Positions 62,223 to 64,000 of a stretch of DNA of 64,000 nucleotides are shown piece after piece. Source of the stretch: Selaginella moellendorffii (Eukaryota > Plantae > Lycopodiophyta); contig NW_003314266.1 of the NCBI RefSeq assembly GCF_000143415.4, forward strand, positions 580,463 to 644,462. Reading direction: 5' to 3'. The position numbers and the translations under genes were made by a program. Position 1 is the first letter of the stretch. Each line of letters opens with the position of its first letter. The notes under the pieces are model-generated. The model did not search any database and was not told where the DNA came from. It was given only the letters and a program-made list of their open reading frames with translations.

Positions 62223-63580
62223 TCAAAATAAAAGCACATAAGAGGAGAAGTTTTCTGGCTCCAGCTCCATGAGCTTCTCCACAGCCATTCTCCCACGCCT
62301 CACATCGTCGTGCATTTTGGATGCGCCCAACATGATGGTCCATGGAATAGGATTCACAGTCGATGACGAACAAACCAGAAAACCTGTAGTTTCTTCGACC
62401 ATACTCAAGAGGCCGCATTTTCCCGATCCACCACGCAAAACGTGTTTGCCAGTCCGAACGATGCCAAAGTCCTGCGTTGCATATGTGTAGCAGTTCCAAG
62501 AATCCTGAAGCCTTCCATCGACGCTGCAAGCCGAGAGGATTGCGAGAAGCGTCACACTGTCCGGAGAGAAACCATTCAAAACCATCGCACGAAACGTTTC
62601 TCTGGCCATACAACCGTGACCCCGGTGAGAATATCCGGATATCAGAGAGTTCCATGACACGGAATCTCTCTCGTCCATGGACTGGAAGATATTATCAGTC
62701 ATCTCTACAAATCCAGCGCTAGCATACGCACCCAAGATTGCGTTCCAAGAGATTACATTGCGATGTGGCATCCGGTCAAACATAAATCTTGCATAATCCA
62801 AATGCCCATTTGAGGAAAATGCTGCGACTATTGTATTCCACGATAAAACACACTGTTGCGGCGTTAAATCGAATATTTTCTTTGCGTCAACTAATCTTCC
62901 AAGATGTGCGTAAGCAGCAGTAATGGTGCTCCACGACACCAAATCTCTCTGCGGCATCCTGTCGAAGAGAAAGCTCACAACTGGAGCTCCCGCTCATGGG
63001 AGTAGGCCGTAATCATCGTGTTCCAGGCGATTACGTCTCTCTCGGGCGCGATCTCAAAGAAGCTGCGAGCGAGGCCCAACTCGCCGTCGTGGACGAGCGA
63101 TCCGAGCATGGCGTTCCACGGAACGACACTCCACTGCGGCATTCTCTCGAAGAACAATTGCGCGAGGCGGGAATCGCCCTCCTTTCGGGCATAAGCGCTC
63201 ACCATCGTCGTCCACGACACGACGTTCCTGCGATCCATTGCCTCGAACAGCGCCCTGGCCTGCCGGATGTCGCCGTTTTCCACTCTGCCATGGATCATCA
63301 AATTCCACGAGAAGACGTTCTTTGCGTGGATCTCGTCAAAAGCTTCCCGGGATTCCTGCAAATGCCCACACTGGGCATACATTTGGACGAGATGGTTCGC
63401 GAGGTACGTGTTGGTGGTGGATGGATCGCCTTGTGAGTCGAGGAGCTCACGGTGAATCCTCCTCCCCTTTCTCACGTCTCTTCCGATGCCACACTGCCTC
63501 AATCTCGATGCGTAGCTCTCCACGATGGAGTGCTTGGAAGTGGCAGTGGACTTGAGGCATTGCTTGAGCACTCTCTTCAT
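62223..63580 (-). pseudogene. PLS-class PPR gene with frameshift and degenerate E domain
   Basis: PPR repeats continue across a frame change at ~62978 (ELQL / SFLFDRMPQRDLVSW); HYxCxVDLLG motif corrupted. Confidence 0.85.
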
Positions 63581-63718
63581 CCATGGACGCAAATACGAAA
63601 ATAGGTTCTAACCACTATTTTCCTCTATGAATCAAAGTTGACGAAAGTCAACGGAATGTGAAAATCAAGTCTATGACCAAATTGAAATCGCCCTGGCATA
63701 TCTCGTTCCGTGATGATT

Positions 63719-64000
63719 CTACAAAGTTTTGGCCAGCCGCTGCATAGCTCGAAAGTGAAGCGACGTCGATGGCATGACAAGGGGCCAGTCCTTCTCCGGA
63801 ATACCCTCAATGTCGTTACCCCAAGCTGCAAGTGTCCTATACTGCAGGAGGTCATACTCGATGAGACTGTTCACCTTGCCCACGGAAAGCTTGTTGCAGA
63901 GCGTCATGTAGGGCGTAATACCGTCCTTGTGTTTCACCAAGGTGGACACTACGGCCTTCCAATCGTCCTTGGTCCAGCACGGCTTGCTAGGCTTGTTGGC
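63719..64000 (-). CDS. 3' end of an unidentified protein-coding gene starting beyond the window
   Basis: Open frame runs from the window edge: ..WTKDDWKAVV..SLIEYDLLQYRT..D..WPLVMPSTSLHFRAMQRL; coding-like composition. Confidence 0.55.
   Translation of the reverse strand, partial: ANKPSKPCWTKDDWKAVVSTLVKHKDGITPYMTLCNKLSVGKVNSLIEYDLLQYRTLAAWGNDIEGIPEKDWPLVMPSTSLHFRAMQRLAKTL

Overview
Eukaryotic land-plant nuclear DNA. Very short GT-AG introns (about 50-70 nt), dense gene packing and PPR genes built from short SS-type repeats point to a lycophyte, most likely Selaginella (inference). From left to right: a tandem array of four CYP71-clan cytochrome P450s. Copy 1 is cut by the window edge, copy 2 is frameshifted, copy 3 lacks FSSG of the heme motif and copy 4 is intact. 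An AT-rich insert carrying a ZDP pseudogene separates copies 1 and 2, and the array ends 50 bp from a convergent BAHD acyltransferase (candidate specialised-metabolite cluster). Next come tRNA-Ile(UAU), an intronless diverged NPH3/BTB-like gene, a germin pseudogene and a nuclear ribosomal protein S12 gene with mitochondrial-type core residues but a plastid-type transit peptide. Then a small membrane protein, a TAXI/aspartic-protease-like gene, decayed copies of that gene and of MLO, an intact MLO and a hAT remnant. A dense block follows: PPR, germin-like, hepta-ubiquitin with Thr28, a MiAMP1-like peptide, a CUE/coiled-coil protein, a glycine-rich RRM protein, a 2OG-Fe(II) oxygenase and a second PPR. 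The window ends with a Cys/Trp-repeat pseudogene, tRNA-Gly(CCC), a convergent inverted pair of TIP aquaporins with an apparent gene-conversion tract, a perfect 27-bp hairpin, a pogo-like DDE transposase remnant and a frameshifted PPR. Family assignments come from motif recognition by eye; no database search was run.
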